Positions 46,001 through 62,300 of a stretch of 64,000 nucleotides of DNA are shown here, piece by piece. The position numbers and the translations under genes were made by a program. Every line of letters begins with the position of its first letter. The first letter of the stretch is position 1. A model generated the notes under the pieces. The model searched no databases. It was not told where the DNA came from and saw only the letters and a program-made list of their open reading frames with translations. This stretch comes from the human T2T-CHM13v2.0 reference genome, Homo sapiens: the NCBI RefSeq assembly GCF_009914755.1, contig NC_060940.1; one strand, 5' to 3'.

Positions 46001-46670
46001 CATTCGATTCCATGTGATGAATCCATTCAATTCTATTCAATGATGTTTCCATTTGATTCCATTGGACCATGATTGCCTTTGATTCCATTCAATGATTCCA
46101 TTCGGTTCCATTTGATGATGATTCCGTTCGATTCCATTTCATTATTCCATTTGATTCCATTGGATGAGTCCATTCGATTACATTCGATGATTATTCCATT
46201 CGAGTGCATTAGATGATTGCATTCGAGTCCATTCGATGATTCCATTCGATTCCATTCGATGTTGATTCTGTTCAAATCCATTCAATGATTCCACTCGATT
46301 CCATTCGATGACTCCATTTGATCCCATTCGATGATTTCCTGTGATTCCCTTTGATGATCATTCTATTTGATTCAATTCGGTGATTTCATTTCATTCCATT
46401 CAGTGATGTTTCCATTCGACTGTATTCCATGATGATTCCATTCGACTCCATTCGATTATGATTTCATTCAATTCCATTCAATAATGATTCCCTTCGAGTC
46501 CATTCGATGATTCCATTCGATTCCATTCGATGTTGATTCTGTTCAAATCCATTCGATGATTCCACTCGATTCCATTCGATGACTCCATTTGATCCCATTC
46601 GATGATTTCCTGTGATTCCCTTTGATGATCATTCCATTTGATTCAATTCGGTGATTTCGTTTGATTCCAT
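37090..46670 (+). repeat. 9.58-kb higher-order repeat, copy 1 (H-A-B-C-D-E-F-E-F-G-H-A')
   Basis: Constant 9581-bp offset to the next copy: 37149/46730, 37780/47361, 39653/49234, 41067/50648, 43248/52829, 44453/54034. Confidence 0.92.
40615..44975 (+). repeat. 2181-bp tandem duplication of the E-F segment (also at ~50195-54630 and ~59850-64000)
   Basis: E-to-E spacing is 2181 three times (41067/43248, 50648/52829, 60303/62484). F-to-F is also 2181. Junction catttccattcaatgattccattcgaatctattcc at about 42771-42805. Confidence 0.9.
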
Positions 46671-49600
46671 TCGTGTCCATTCCATTATTCCATTCTATTC
46701 CATTTCATGATGATTCCATTCGATTCCATTCATTGGTGATTCCACTCAATTCCATTCAATGATTCCATTCCATTTCTTTCAACAATGATTCCATTAGTTT
46801 CTAATCGATGATCCACTTGATTCCATTTGATGACGATTCCATTCTTGTCCATTCGATGATTCCATTTGATTCCATATGATGATGATTCCATTCGATTCCA
46901 TACGATGATGATTCCATTCGAGTCCATTCAATGGTGATTCCATTCAATTCCATTCGATGATTCCTTTTGATTCCATTCGATGATGATGGCATTCGATTCC
47001 TTTCAATCATTCCCTTTGATTCCATTCAAAGGTGATTTCATTCAAGTCCATTCGATAATTGCATTCGATTCCATTCTATGATGATTCCATTCGAGTCCAT
47101 TTGATGATTCCATCCAATTCAAGTCAATGATGATTCCATTCGATTCCATTCGATGATTCCATTGGATTCCATTCGATGATGATTCCATTCAAATCCATTC
47201 GATAATTCAATTCAAGTCCATTCAATGATGATTCCAATCGAATCCATTCAAAGATTCCATTCAGTTCCATTCGATGATTCCCTTAGATTCCATTCGATGA
47301 TTCCACTTGTTTCCATTTACGATGATTCCATTCGATTCCATGTGATGATTCCATTCAATTCTATTCAATGATGTCTCCATTTGATTCCATTCGACCATGA
47401 TTGCCTTTGCTTCCATTCAATGTTTCCATTCGGTTCCTTTTGATGATAATTCCGTTCGATTCCATTTGATGATTCCATTTGATTCCATTGGATGAGTCCA
47501 TTCGATTACATTCGATGATTATTCCATTCGAGTGCATTAGATGATTCCATTCGAGTCCATAAGATGATTCCATTCGATTCCATTCGATGTTGATTCTGTT
47601 CAAGTCCATTCGATGATTCCACTGGATTCCATTCGAGGACTCCAGTTGATCCCATTCGATGATTTCCTTTGATTCCCTTTGATGATCATTCCATTTGATA
47701 CAATTCGGTGATTTCATTTGATTCCATTCAGGGATGTTTCCATTCAACTCCATTCGATGATGATTCCATTCGACTCCATTCGATTATGATTTCATTCAAT
47801 TCCATTCGATAATGATTCCCTTCGAGTCCATTCGATGATTCCATTCGATTCCATTCAACGATGATTTGATTCGTGTCCGTTCGATGATTCCATTTGATTT
47901 CACTTGATGATGATTCCATTCGAGTCCATTTGATGATTCCATTCAATTCCATTCTCCGATGATTTCTTTTGAGCCCACTCAATGCTTCCACTCGATTCCA
48001 TATGATGATGACTCCATTCGATGAAATTCGATGATGATTCCATTCGCTTGCTTTCGATGATGATTCCACTTGAGTCCGTTAGAAGATTCTATTCAATTAC
48101 ATTCCATGACGATTCCGTTCGAGTCCATTTGATGATTCCATTAGACTCCATTCGACGATGATTCCATTCGATGTTATTCGATGATTCCATTCGATCTCAT
48201 TCGATGATGATTCCATTCAACTCCATTCGATGTTTCCATTCGAGTTCATTCTATTATTCCATTAGATTCCATTCGATGATGATTCCATTCGATTCCGTTT
48301 GATGATTGCATTCTATTTCATTTGATGATGATTCCATTCGAGTCCACTCAATGATTCCATTCGAGTCCGTTTAATGAATCCATTGGTTTCAATTCTATGA
48401 TGATTACATTGGATTCCATTCGTTGATGATTTCATTCGGTTCCATTCAATGATGATTCCATTCAATTCCTTTCAATGTTTCCATTCAATTCCATTCGATG
48501 ATGATTCCATTTGATTTGATTCGACAGTGAGCCATTCGATTCAATTCCATGATGATTCTATTTTATTCAATTGTTTGACATTTCCATTCGATTCCATTCG
48601 ATGATGATTCCCTTTGATTCCATTCAAAGATGATTCCATTCTAGCCCATTCAATCATTCCATTCGATTCTATTCAATGATGATTCCATTCATGTCGATTT
48701 GGTGATTCCATTTGACTTCATTTGATGATGATTCCTTTCAAGTTCATTAGATGATTCCATTCGATTCCATTTGATGATGATTCCATTCCATTCCATTCAA
48801 TGATTCCATTCGATTCCGTTTGATGATGATTTCATTCGAGTCCATTTGATGATTCCATTTGATTCCATTCGATGATGATTCCATTCGAGTCCATTCGATG
48901 ATTCTATTCGAATCCATTTGATGATTACTTTTGATTATATTTGGTGATGATTCCATTGGAGTCCATTCAATGATTCCATTCGATTCCAATCGATGATGAT
49001 TCCATTAGAGTCCATTTAATGATTCCATTTGATTCCAGTCTCTGATGATTACATTCGAGTCCATACGATGATTCCACTCAATTCCATATGATGATGATTC
49101 CATTCGATTCCATTCGATGATTCCATTCTATTCTATTCAATGGTGATTCCATTCGAGTACATTAGATGATTCCATTCGATTCCATTCAATGATGATTCTA
49201 TTTGTGTCCCTTAGATGGTTCCACATGATTCCATTACATGATGATACTATTTGAGCCCATCCAATGATTCCCTTCGATTCCATTCGATGAGGATTCCATT
49301 CGATTCAATTCATTGGTGATTCTATTCAATTCAATTCTTTGATTCCATTCCATTCCATTCGACAATGATTCCATTCGATTTCTTTCGATGATTCCACTCG
49401 ATTCCACTTGACATTGATTCCATTCGATTCCATTCAATGATTCCGTTTGATTCCAGTGGATGATGATTGCCATCGATTCCATTCGATCACTCCATTCTAT
49501 TCCATTTGATGATGATTACATTCGATTCCATTTGATGATTCCATCTGATTCTATTCGAGGATTCCATTTGATTCCATTCGATGATGATTCCATTCGAGTC

Positions 49601-52600
49601 CATTCGATGATTTCATTCGAGTACATCCAATGATTCCATTCGAGTCCATTTGATGATTCCATTTGATTCCATTTGATTATGATTCTACTAGAGTCCATTC
49701 AATGACTCCATTCGAATCCATTCATCAATTCCATTCGAGTCCATTCGATGATTCCATTTCATGATTCCATTCGAGTCCATTTAATCATTACAGTCAAGTC
49801 CGTTTGGTGATTCCACTGGATTTCTTTTGATAATGATACCATTCAATTACATTTGATGATGATCCCATTCAATTTCATTTGATGATGATTCCATTAGAGT
49901 CCATTCGATGATTTCATTCGAGTCCCTTCATTGATTCCATCCGATTTCATTTGATGATGACTCCATTCGAGTTCATTCGATGATTCCACTCGATTCCATT
50001 AGATGATTCCATTGGAGTCCATTTCATTGTTCCATTCGATTCCATTCGATTCCTTTCGAAGATTATTCCATTTGAGTCCATTCGATGATGATTCCATTCC
50101 ATTCCATTCGATGATTCCGTTTGATTCCATTCGATGATTCCCTTCGATTCCTTTCTTTGATGATTCCATTCCATTCCATTCAATGATTCCATTCGAATCT
50201 ATTCCATGATGATTCCTTGCGATTCCATTCGCTGATGTTTCCGTTCAATTCCATTCGATGATGATTCCATTCGATTCCATTCATTGAGGATTCCATTTGA
50301 TTCCATTCAATGATGATTCCGTTCTATTCCATTCAATGATTGCATTCAATTCCATTCAATGATTATCCCCTTAGAGTAAACTCAATGATTCCATTCAATA
50401 GCATTCGATGATGATTCCTTTTGAGTCCATTCAATGATTTCATTCAAGTCCATTTGATGATTCCTTTCAATTCCATTCTATGATGATTCCATTCGAGTCC
50501 ATTCGATGATTCCATTCAATTGCATTCGATGATTCCATTATATTCCAGTCAACGATGATTCCATTCGAGTCCATTCGATGATTCCATTAGAGTACATTTA
50601 ATGATTGCTTTGTTTTCAATTCGAAGATGATTACATTGGATTCCATTCTATGATACCATTCGATTCCATTCAATGATGATTCCACTCAAATCCATTGGAT
50701 GATTCCATTCGTGTCCGTTCGGTGATTTCATTAGATTCCATTCGAGGATGATTCCTTTCGATTCCATTCGATTATTCCGTTCAATTCCATTCGATGATGA
50801 TTCCATTCCAGTCCATATGATCATTCCATTTGATTTCATTCGATGATGATTCCATTCGATTCCATTCGATGATTCCATTCTATTCCATTCGATGATGATT
50901 CCATTCGAGTCCATTCGATGATTCCATTCGAGTCCATTTAATGATTCCATTGGGTTCAATTCAATGATGATTACATTGGATTCTGTTCTATGATTCCATT
51001 CAATTCCGTTCATTGACAATTTGATTCCATTCGATGATGATTCCATTTGAGTTCATTCGATGATTCTATTCGATTCTCTTCGATGGTGATTCAATTCTAT
51101 TATATTGGATGATTCCATTCGATTCCATTTGATGTTGATTCAATTCGATTCTATTCGATGATGATTCCATTGGATTTCACTTGATGATTCTATTCGATTC
51201 CATTCAATGATGATTCACTTCTCGTCCATTGGATGATTTCATTTCATTCCATTCGATGATGATTCCATTCGATTCCTTTCGATGATTCCATTTGATTCCA
51301 TGCGACGGTGAGCAATTCGATTCAATTCCATGATGATTCTATTTGATTCAATTAGATGATGTTTCCATTCGAATCCATTCCATGATTATTCCATTGGAAT
51401 CCATTTGGCGATGATTCCATATGAGTCAATTCAATGATGATTCCATATGGGTCCGTTCGATGATAATTCCATTTGATTTCATTCGATGCTTCTATTCAAT
51501 TCCAGTCGATGATGATTCCGTTGGAGTCCATACGATGATTCCATTTGATTTCATTTGATGATGATTCCATTCGATGATGATTACATTGGATTCCATTCTA
51601 TGATTCCATTCAATTCCATTCGTTGATGATTCGATTCCATTCAATGATGATTCCATTTGAGTTCATTCGATGATTCTATTCGATTCCGTTCGATGGTGAT
51701 TCAATTCTATTATATTGGATGATTCCACTCGATTCCATTTGATGATTATTCCATTGGAGTCCACTTAGTGAATCCTTTAGATTCTACTCGAAGATGATTC
51801 CATTCGAGTCCATTCGATGATACCATTCAATTCCATTCGTTGATGCTTCCATTCAAGTGCATTCGATGATATCATTCGATTCCATTTGATGATAATTCCA
51901 TTTGATTCCATGTGATGATTCTATTCGATTCCATTCAATGATAATTCCCTTCAATTCAGTGATTCCTCTGGACTCCATTTGATGATGATTCCATTCAATG
52001 ATTCCGTTCGATTCTATTCCAAAATGATTCCATTTGAATCCATTTGATGATGATTCCATTAGATTCCATTTGATGATTCCATTCGATTCCATTTGACGAT
52101 GATTCCATTCGATTCCATTTGCTGATTCCATTCTATTCTATTCGATGACGATTCCATTCGATTCCATTCGATGATGATTGGATTCGATTCCATTTGATGA
52201 TTTCATTTGATTCCATTCGTTAATGATTTTGATCAACTCCATTCGATGATTCCATTTAATTCCATTCGATAATGATTACATCCGAGTCCATTCAATGATT
52301 CCATTTGAGCCCGTTCGATAATTCCATTTGAGTCCAATCAATGATTCCATTCATTTCCATTCAATGATTCCATTCGAATCTATTCCATGATGATTCCTTG
52401 CGATTCCATTCGCTGATGTTTCCGTTCAATTACATTCGATGATGATTCCATTCGATTCCATTCATTGAGGATTCCATTTGATTCCATTAAATGATGATTC
52501 CGTTCTATTCCATTCAATGATTGCATTCAATTCCATTCAATGATTATCCCCTTAGGGTAAACTCATTGATTCCATTCAATACCATTCGATGATGATTCCT

Positions 52601-55600
52601 TTTGAGTCCATTCAATGATTTCATTCAAGTCCATTTGATGATTCCTTTCAATTCCATTCTATGATGATTCCATTCGAGTCCATTCGATGATTCCATTCAA
52701 TTGCATTCGATGATTCCATTATATTCCAGTCAACGATGATTCCATTCGAGTCCATTCGATGATTCCATTAGAGTACATTTAATGATTGCTTTGTTTTCAA
52801 TTCGAAGATGATTACATTGGATTCCATTCTATGATACCATTCGATTCCATTCAATGATGATTCCACTCAAATCCATTGGATGATTCCATTCGTGTCCGTT
52901 CGGTGATTTCATTAGATTCCATTCGAGGATGATTCCATTCGATTCCATTCGATGATTCCATTCAATTCCATTCGATGATGATTCCATTCCAGTCCATATG
53001 ATCATTCCATTTGATTTCATTCGATGATGATTCCATTCGATTCCATTCGATGATTCCATTCTATTCCATTCGATGATGATTCCATTCGAGTCCATTCGAT
53101 GATTCCATTCGAGTCCATTTAATGATTCCATTGGGTTCAATTCAATGATGATTACATTGGATTCCGTTCTATGATTCCATTCAATTCCGTTCATTGACAA
53201 TTTGATTCCATTCGATGATGATTCCATTTGAGTTCATTCGATGATTCTATTCGATTCTCTTCGATGGTGATTCAATTCTATTATATTGGATGATTCCATT
53301 CGATTCCATTTGAAGTTGATTCAATTCGATTCTATTCGATGATGATTCCATTGGATTTCACTTGATGATTCTATTCGATTCCATTCAATGATGATTCACT
53401 TCTCGTCCATTGGATGATTCCATTTCATTCCATTCGATGATGATTCCATTCGATTCCTTTCGATGATTCCATTTGATTCCATGCGACGGTGAGCAATTCG
53501 ATTCAATTCCATGATGATTCTATTTGATTCAATTAGATGATGTTTCCATTCGAATCCATTCCATGATTATTCCATTGGAATCCATTTGGCGATGATTCCA
53601 TATGAGTCAATTCAATGATGATTCCATACGGGTCCGTTCGATGATAATTCCATTTGATTTCATTCGATGCTTCTATTCAATTCCAGTCGATGATGATTCC
53701 ATTGGAGTCCATACGATGATTCCATTTGATTTCATTTGATGATGATTCCATTCGATGATGATTACATTGGATTCCATTCTATGATTCCATTCAATTCCAT
53801 TCGTTGATGATTCGATTCCATTCAATGATGATTCCATTTGAGTTCATTCGATGATTCTATTCGATTCCGTTCGATGGTGATTCAATTCTATTATATTGGA
53901 TGATTCCACTCGATTCCATTTGATGATTATTCCATTGGAGTCCACTTAGTGAATCCTTTAGATTCTACTCGAAGATGATTCCATTCGAGTCCATTCGATG
54001 ATACCATTCAATTCCATTCGTTGATGCTTCCATTCAAGTGCATTCGATGATATCATTCGATTCCATTTGATGATAATTCCATTTGATTCCATGCAATGAT
54101 TCTATTCGATTCCATTCAATGATAATTCCATTCAATTCAGTGATTCCTCTGGACTCCATTTGATGATGATTCCATTCAATGATTCCATTCGATTCTATTC
54201 GAAAATGATTCCATTTGAATCCATTTGATGATGATTCCATTAGATTCCATTTGATGATTCCATTCGATTCTATTCTAAAATGATTCCATTTGAATCCATT
54301 TGATGATGATTCCATTAGATTCCATTTGATGATTCCATTCGATTCCATTTGATGATGATTCCATTCGATTCCATTTGATGATTCCATTCTATTCTATTCG
54401 ATGATGATTCCATTCGATTCCATTCGATGATGATTGGATTCGATTCCATTTGATGATTTCATTTGATTCCATTCGTTAATGATTTCGATCAACTCCATTC
54501 GATGATTCCATTTAATTCCATTCAATAATGATTACATCCGAGTCCACTCGATGATTCCATTTGAGCCCGTTCGATAATTCCATTTGAGTCCAATCAATGA
54601 TTCCATTCATTTCCATTCAATGATTCCATTCGAGTCCATTTGATCATTCCGGTAGGGTCCGTTCGATGTTGATTCCATTGGAGTGCATTCGATATTCCAT
54701 TCGAGTCCATTTTATGATTTGATTCGAGTCCTTTCGATGATTCCATTCGATTCCACTCGATGATGATTTCATTCGAGTCCATTCGACACTTCCAATCGAT
54801 TCCATTTGATGTTTCCATTCGAGTCCAATTGATGATTCCATTCAATTCCGTTCGATGATGATTCCGTACGATTCCATTCTGTGATGATTCCATGTGATTG
54901 CATTCAATGATGATTCCTTTCGATTGCATTCGATTATGATTCATTTCGTGTTCATTCTATGGTTCCACAGGTTTCCATTCGATGACGTTTCCGTTCGTGT
55001 CCATTCCATTATTCCATTCTATTTCATTTGATGATGATTCCATTCGATTCCATTCATTGGTGATTCCACTCAATTCCATTCAATGATTCCATTCCATTTC
55101 TTTCAACACTGATTCCATTAGTTTCTATTCGATGATCCACTTGATTCCATTTGGCGATGATTCCATTCGTGTCCATTCGATGATTCCATTTGATTCCATA
55201 TGATGATGATTCCATTCGATTCCATACGATGATGATTCCATTCGAGTCCATTCAATGGTGATTCCATTCAATTCCATTCGATGATTCCTTCCGATTCCAT
55301 TCGATGATGATGGCATTCGATTCCTTTCAATCATTCCCTTTGATTCCATTCAAAGGTGATTTCATTCAAGTCCATTCGATAATTGCATTCGATTCCATTC
55401 TATGATGATTCCATTCGAGTCCATTTGATGATTCCATTCAATTCAAGTCAATGATGGTTTCATTCGATTCCACTCGATGATTCCATTGGATTCCATTCGA
55501 TGATGATTCCATTCAAATCCATTCGATAATTCAATTCAAGTCCATTCGATGATGATTCCAATCGAATCCATTCAAAGATTCCATTCCATTCCATTCGATG

Positions 55601-56325
55601 ATGATTCCCTTAGATTCCATTCGATGATTCCACTTGATTCCATTTACGATGATTGCATTCGATTCCATGTGATGAATCCATTCAATTCTATTCAATGATG
55701 TTTCCATTTGATTCCATTGGACCATGATTGCCTTTGATTCCATTCAATGATTCCATTCGGTTCCATTTGATGATGATTCCGTTCGATTCCATTTCATTAT
55801 TCCATTTGATTCCATTGGATGAGTCCATTCGATTACATTCGATGATTATTCCATTCGAGTGCATTAGATGATTGCATTCGAGTCCATTCGATGATTCCAT
55901 TCGATTCCATTCGATGTTGATTCTGTTCAAATCCATTCAATGATTCCACTCGATTCCATTCGATGACTCCATTTGATCCCATTCGATGATTTCCTGTGAT
56001 TCCCTTTGATGATCATTCTATTTGATTCAATTCGGTGATTTCATTTCATTCCATTCAGTGATGTTTCCATTCGACTGTATTCCATGATGATTCCATTCGA
56101 CTCCATTCGATTATGATTTCATTCAATTCCATTCAATAATGATTCCCTTCGAGTCCATTCGATGATTCCATTCGATTCCATTCGATATTGATTCTGTTCA
56201 AATCCATTCGATGATTCCACTCGATTCCATTCGATGACTCCATTTGATCCCATTCGATGATTTCCTGTGATTCCCTTTGATGATCATTCCATTTGATTCA
56301 ATTCGGTGATTTCGTTTGATTCCAT
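46671..56325 (+). repeat. 9.6-kb higher-order repeat, copy 2 (9655 bp)
   Basis: Constant 9655-bp offset to the next copy: 46730/56385, 47361/57016, 49234/58889, 50648/60303, 52829/62484. The extra 74 bp equals a 75-bp tandem duplication near 54200 minus a 1-bp deletion near 54693. Confidence 0.92.
54178..54345 (+). repeat. Private 75-bp tandem duplication in module F
   Basis: The motif aaaatgattccatttgaatcc occurs at 54202 and 54277. The landmark ORF is 117 aa instead of 92 aa. Confidence 0.9.
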
Positions 56326-59300
56326 TCGTGTCCATTCCATTATTCCATTCTATTCCATTTCATGATGATTCCATTCGATTCCATTCATTGGTGATTCCAC
56401 TCAATTCCATTCAATGATTCCATTCCATTTCTTTCAACAATGATTCCATTAGTTTCTAATCGATGATCCACTTGATTCCATTTGATGACGATTCCATTCT
56501 TGTCCATTCGTTGATTCCATTTGATTCCATATGATGATGATTCCATTCGATTCCATACGATGATGATTCCATTCGAGTCCATTCAATGGTGATTCCATTC
56601 AATTCCATTCGATGATTCCTTTTGATTCCATTCGATGATGATGGCATTCGATTCCTTTCAATCATTCCCTTTGATTCCATTCAAAGGTGATTTCATTCAA
56701 GTCCATTCGATAATTGCATTCGATTCCATTCTATGATGATTCCATTCGAGTCCATTTGATGATTCCATTCAATTCAAGTCAATGATGATTCCATTCGATT
56801 CCATTCGATGATTCCATTGGATTCCATTCGATGATGATTCCATTCAAAACCATTCGATAATTCAATTCAAGTCCATTCAATGATGATTCCAATCGAATCC
56901 ATTCAAAGATTCCATTCAGTTCCATTCGATGATTCCCTTAGATTCCATTCGATGATTCCACTTGTTTCCATTTACGATGATTCCATTCGATTCCATGTGA
57001 TGATTCCATTCAATTCTATTCAATGATGTCTCCATTTGATTCCATTCGACCATGATTGCCTTTGCTTCCATTCAATGTTTCCATTCGGTTCCTTTTGATG
57101 ATAATTCCGTTCGATTCCATTTGATGATTCCATTTGATTCCATTGGATGAGTCCATTCGATTACATTCGATGATTATTCCATTCGAGTGCATTAGATGAT
57201 TCCATTCGAGTCCATAAGATGATTCCATTCGATTCCATTCGATGTTGATTCTGTTCAAGTCCATTCGATGATTCCACTGGATTCCATTCGAGGACTCCAG
57301 TTGATCCCATTCGATGATTTCCTTTGATTCCCTTTGATGATCATTCCATTTGATACAATTCGGTGATTTCATTTGATTCCATTCAGGGATGTTTCCATTC
57401 AACTCCATTCGATGATGATTCCATTCGACTCCATTCGATTATGATTTCATTCAATTCCATTCGATAATGATTCCCTTCGAGTCCATTCGATGATTCCATT
57501 CGATTCCATTCAACGATGATTTGATTCGTGTCCGCTCGATGATTCCATTTGATTTCACTTGATGATGATTCCATTCGAGTCCATTTGATGATTCCATTCA
57601 ATTCCATTCTCCGATGATTTCTTTTGAGCCCACTCAATGCTTCCACTCGATTCCATATGATGATGACTCCATTCGATGAAATTCGATGATGATTCCATTC
57701 GCTTGCTTTCGATGATGATTCCACTTGAGTCCGTTAGAAGATTCTATTCAATTACATTCCATGACGATTCCGTTCGAGTCCATTTGATGATTCCATTAGA
57801 CTCCATTCGACGATGATTCCATTCGATGTTATTCGATGATTCCATTCGATCTCATTCGATGATGATTCCATTCAACTCCATTCGATGTTTCCATTCGAGT
57901 TCATTCTATTATTCCATTAGATTCCATTCGATGATGATTCCATTCGATTCCGTTTGATGATTGCATTCTATTTCATTTGATGATGATTCCATTCGAGTCC
58001 ACTCAATGATTCCATTCGAGTCCGTTTAATGAATCCATTGGTTTCAATTCTATGATGATTACATTGGATTCCATTCGTTGATGATTTCATTCGGTTCCAT
58101 TCAATGATGATTCCATTCAATTCCTTTCAATGTTTCCATTCAATTCCATTCGATGATGATTCCATTTGATTTGATTCGACAGTGAGCCATTCGATTCAAT
58201 TCCATGATGATTCTATTTTATTCAATTGTTTGACATTTCCATTCGATTCCATTCGATGATGATTCCCTTTGATTCCATTCAAAGATGATTCCATTCTAGC
58301 CCATTCAATCATTCCATTCGATTCTATTCAATGATGATTCCATTCATGTCGATTTGGTGATTCCATTTGACTTCATTTGATGATGATTCCTTTCAAGTTC
58401 ATTAGATGATTCCATTCGATTCCATTTGATGATGATTCCATTCCATTCCATTCAATGATTCCATTCGATTCCGTTTGATGATGATTTCATTCGAGTCCAT
58501 TTGATGATTCCATTTGATTCCATTCGATGATGATTCCATTCGAGTCCATTCGATGATTCTATTCGAATCCATTTGATGATTACTTTTGATTATATTTGGT
58601 GATGATTCCATTGGAGTCCATCCAATGATTCCATTCGATTCCAATCGATGATGATTCCATTAGAGTCCATTTAATGATTCCATTTGATTCCAGTCTCTGA
58701 TGATTACATTCGAGTCCATACGATGATTCCACTCAATTCCATATGATGATGATTCCATTCGATTCCATTCGATGATTCCATTCTATTCTATTCAATGGTG
58801 ATTCCATTCGAGTACATTAGATGATTCCATTCGATTCCATTCAATGATGATTCTATTTGTGTCCCTTAGATGGTTCCACATGATTCCATTACATGATGAT
58901 ACTATTTGAGCCCATCCAATGATTCCCTTCGATTCCATTCGATGAGGATTCCATTCGATTCAATTCATTGGTGATTCTATTCAATTCAATTCTTTGATTC
59001 CATTCCATTCCATTCGACAATGATTCCATTCGATTTCTTTCGATGATTCCACTCGATTCCACTTGACATTGATTCCATTCGATTCCATTCAATGATTCCG
59101 TTTGATTCCAGTGGATGATGATTGCCATCGATTCCATTCGATCACTCCATTCTATTCCATTTGATGATGATTACATTCGATTCCATTTGATGATTCCATC
59201 TGATTCTATTCGAGGATTCCATTTGATTCCATTCGATGATGATTCCATTCGAGTCCATTCGATGATTTCATTCGAGTACATCCAATGATTCCATTCGAGT

Positions 59301-62300
59301 CCATTTGATGATTCCATTTGATTCCATTTGATTATGATTCTACTAGAGTCCATTCAATGACTCCATTCGAATCCATTCATCAATTCCATTCGAGTCCATT
59401 CGATGATTCCATTTCATGATTCCATTCGAGTCCATTTAATCATTACAGTCAAGTCCGTTTGGTGATTCCACTGGATTTCTTTTGATAATGATACCATTCA
59501 ATTACATTTGATGATGATCCCATTCAATTTCATTTGATGATGATTCCATTAGAGTCCATTCGATGATTTCATTCGAGTCCCTTCATTGATTCCATCCGAT
59601 TTCATTTGATGATGACTCCATTCGAGTTCATTCGATGATTCCACTCGATTCCATTAGATGATTCCATTGGAGTCCATTTCATTGTTCCATTCGATTCCAT
59701 TCGATTCCTTTCGAAGATTATTCCATTTGAGTCCATTCGATGATGATTCCATTCCATTCCATTCGATGATTCCGTTTGATTCCATTCGATGATTCCCTTC
59801 GATTCCTTTCTTTGATGATTCCATTCCATTCCATTCAATGATTCCATTCGAATCTATTCCATGATGATTCCTTGCGATTCCATTCGCTGATGTTTCCGTT
59901 CAATTCCATTCGATGATGATTCCATTCGATTCCATTCATTGAGGATTCCATTTGATTCCATTCAATGATGATTCCGTTCTATTCCATTCAATGATTGCAT
60001 TCAATTCCATTCAATGATTATCCCCTTAGAGTAAACTCAATGATTCCATTCAATAGCATTCGATGATGATTCCTTTTGAGTCCATTCAATGATTTCATTC
60101 AAGTCCATTTGATGATTCCTTTCAATTCCATTCTATGATGATTCCATTCGAGTCCATTCGATGATTCCATTCAATTGCATTCGATGATTCCATTATATTC
60201 CAGTCAACGATGATTCCATTCGAGTCCATTCGATGATTCCATTAGAGTACATTTAATGATTGCTTTGTTTTCAATTCGAAGATGATTACATTGGATTCCA
60301 TTCTATGATACCATTCGATTCCATTCAATGATGATTCCACTCAAATCCATTGGATGATTCCATTCGTGTCCGTTCGGTGATTTCATTAGATTCCATTCGA
60401 GGATGATTCCATTCGATTCCATTCGATTATTCTGTTCAATTCCATTCGATGATGATTCCATTCCAGTCCATATGATCATTCCATTTGATTTCATTCGATG
60501 ATGATTCCATTCGATTCCATTCGATGATTCCATTCTTTTCCATTCGATGATGATTCCATTCGAGTCCATTCGATGATTCCATTCGAGTCCATTTAATGAT
60601 TCCATTGGGTTCAATTCAATGATGATTACATTGGATTCCGTTCTATGATTCCATTCAATTCCGTTCATTGACAATTTGATTCCATTCGATGATGATTCCA
60701 TTTGAGTTCATTCGATGATTCTATTCGATTCTCTTCGATGGTGATTCAATTCTATTATATTGGATGATTCCATTCGATTCCATTTGATGTTGATTCAATT
60801 CGATTCTATTCGATGATGATTCCATTGGATTTCACTTGATGATTCTATTCGATTCCATTCAATGATGATTCACTTCTCGTCCATTGGATGATTTCATTTC
60901 ATTCCATTCGATGATGATTCCATTCGATTCCTTTCGATGATTCCATTTGATTCCATGCGACGGTGAGCAATTCGATTCAATTCCCTGATGATTCTATTTG
61001 ATTCAATTAGATGATGTTTCCATTCGAATCCATTCCATGATTATTCCATTGGAATCCATTTAGCGATGATTCCATATGAGTCAATTCAATGATGATTCCA
61101 TATGGGTCCGTTAGATGATAATTCCTTTTGATTTCATTCGATGCTTCTATTCAATTCCAGTCGATGATGATTCCGTTGGAGTCCATACGATGATTCCATT
61201 TGATTTCATTTGATGATGATTCCATTCGATGATGATTACATTGGATTCCATTCTATGATTCCATTCAATTCCATTCGTTGATGATTCGATTCCATTCAAT
61301 GATGATTCCATTTGAGTTCATTCGATGATTCTATTCGATTCCGTTCGATGGTGATTCAATTCTATTATATTGGATGATTCCACTCGATTCCATTTGATGA
61401 TTATTCCATTGGAGTCCACTTAGTGAATCCTTTAGATTCTACTCGAAGATGATTCCATTCGAGTCCATTCGATGATACCATTCAATTCCATTCGTTGATG
61501 CTTCCATTCAAGTGCATTCGATGATATCATTCGATTCCATTTGATGATAATTCCATTTGATTCCATGCGATGATTCTATTCGATTCCATTCAATGATAAT
61601 TCCATTCAATTCAGTGATTCCTCTGGACTCCATTTGATGATGATTCCATTCAATGATTCCGTTCGATTCTATTCCAAAATGATTCCATTTGAATCCATTA
61701 GATGATGATTCCATTAGATTCCATTTGATGATTCCATTCGATTCCATTGGACGATGATTCCATTCGATTCCATTTGATGATTCCATTCTATTCTATTCGA
61801 TGACGATTCCATTCGATTCCATTCGATGATGATTGGATTCGATTCCATTTGATGATTTCATTTGATTCCATTCGTTAATGATTTTGATCAACTCCATTCG
61901 ATGATTCCATTTAATTCCATTCGATAATGATTACATCCGAGTCCATTCAATGATTCCATTTGAGCCCGTTCGATAATTCCATTTGAGTCCAATCAATGAT
62001 TCCATTCATTTCCATTCAATGATTCCATTCGAATCTATTCCATGATGATTCCTTGCGATTCCATTCGCTGATGTTTCCGTTCAATTACATTCGATGATGA
62101 TTCCATTCGATTCCATTCATTGAGGATTCCATTTGATTCCATTAAATGATGATTCCGTTCTATTCCATTCAATGATTGCATTCAATTCCATTCAATGATT
62201 ATCCCCTTAGGGTAAACTCATTGATTCCATTCAATACCATTCGATGATGATTCCTTTTGAGTCCATTCAATGATTTCATTCAAGTCCATTTGATGATTCC

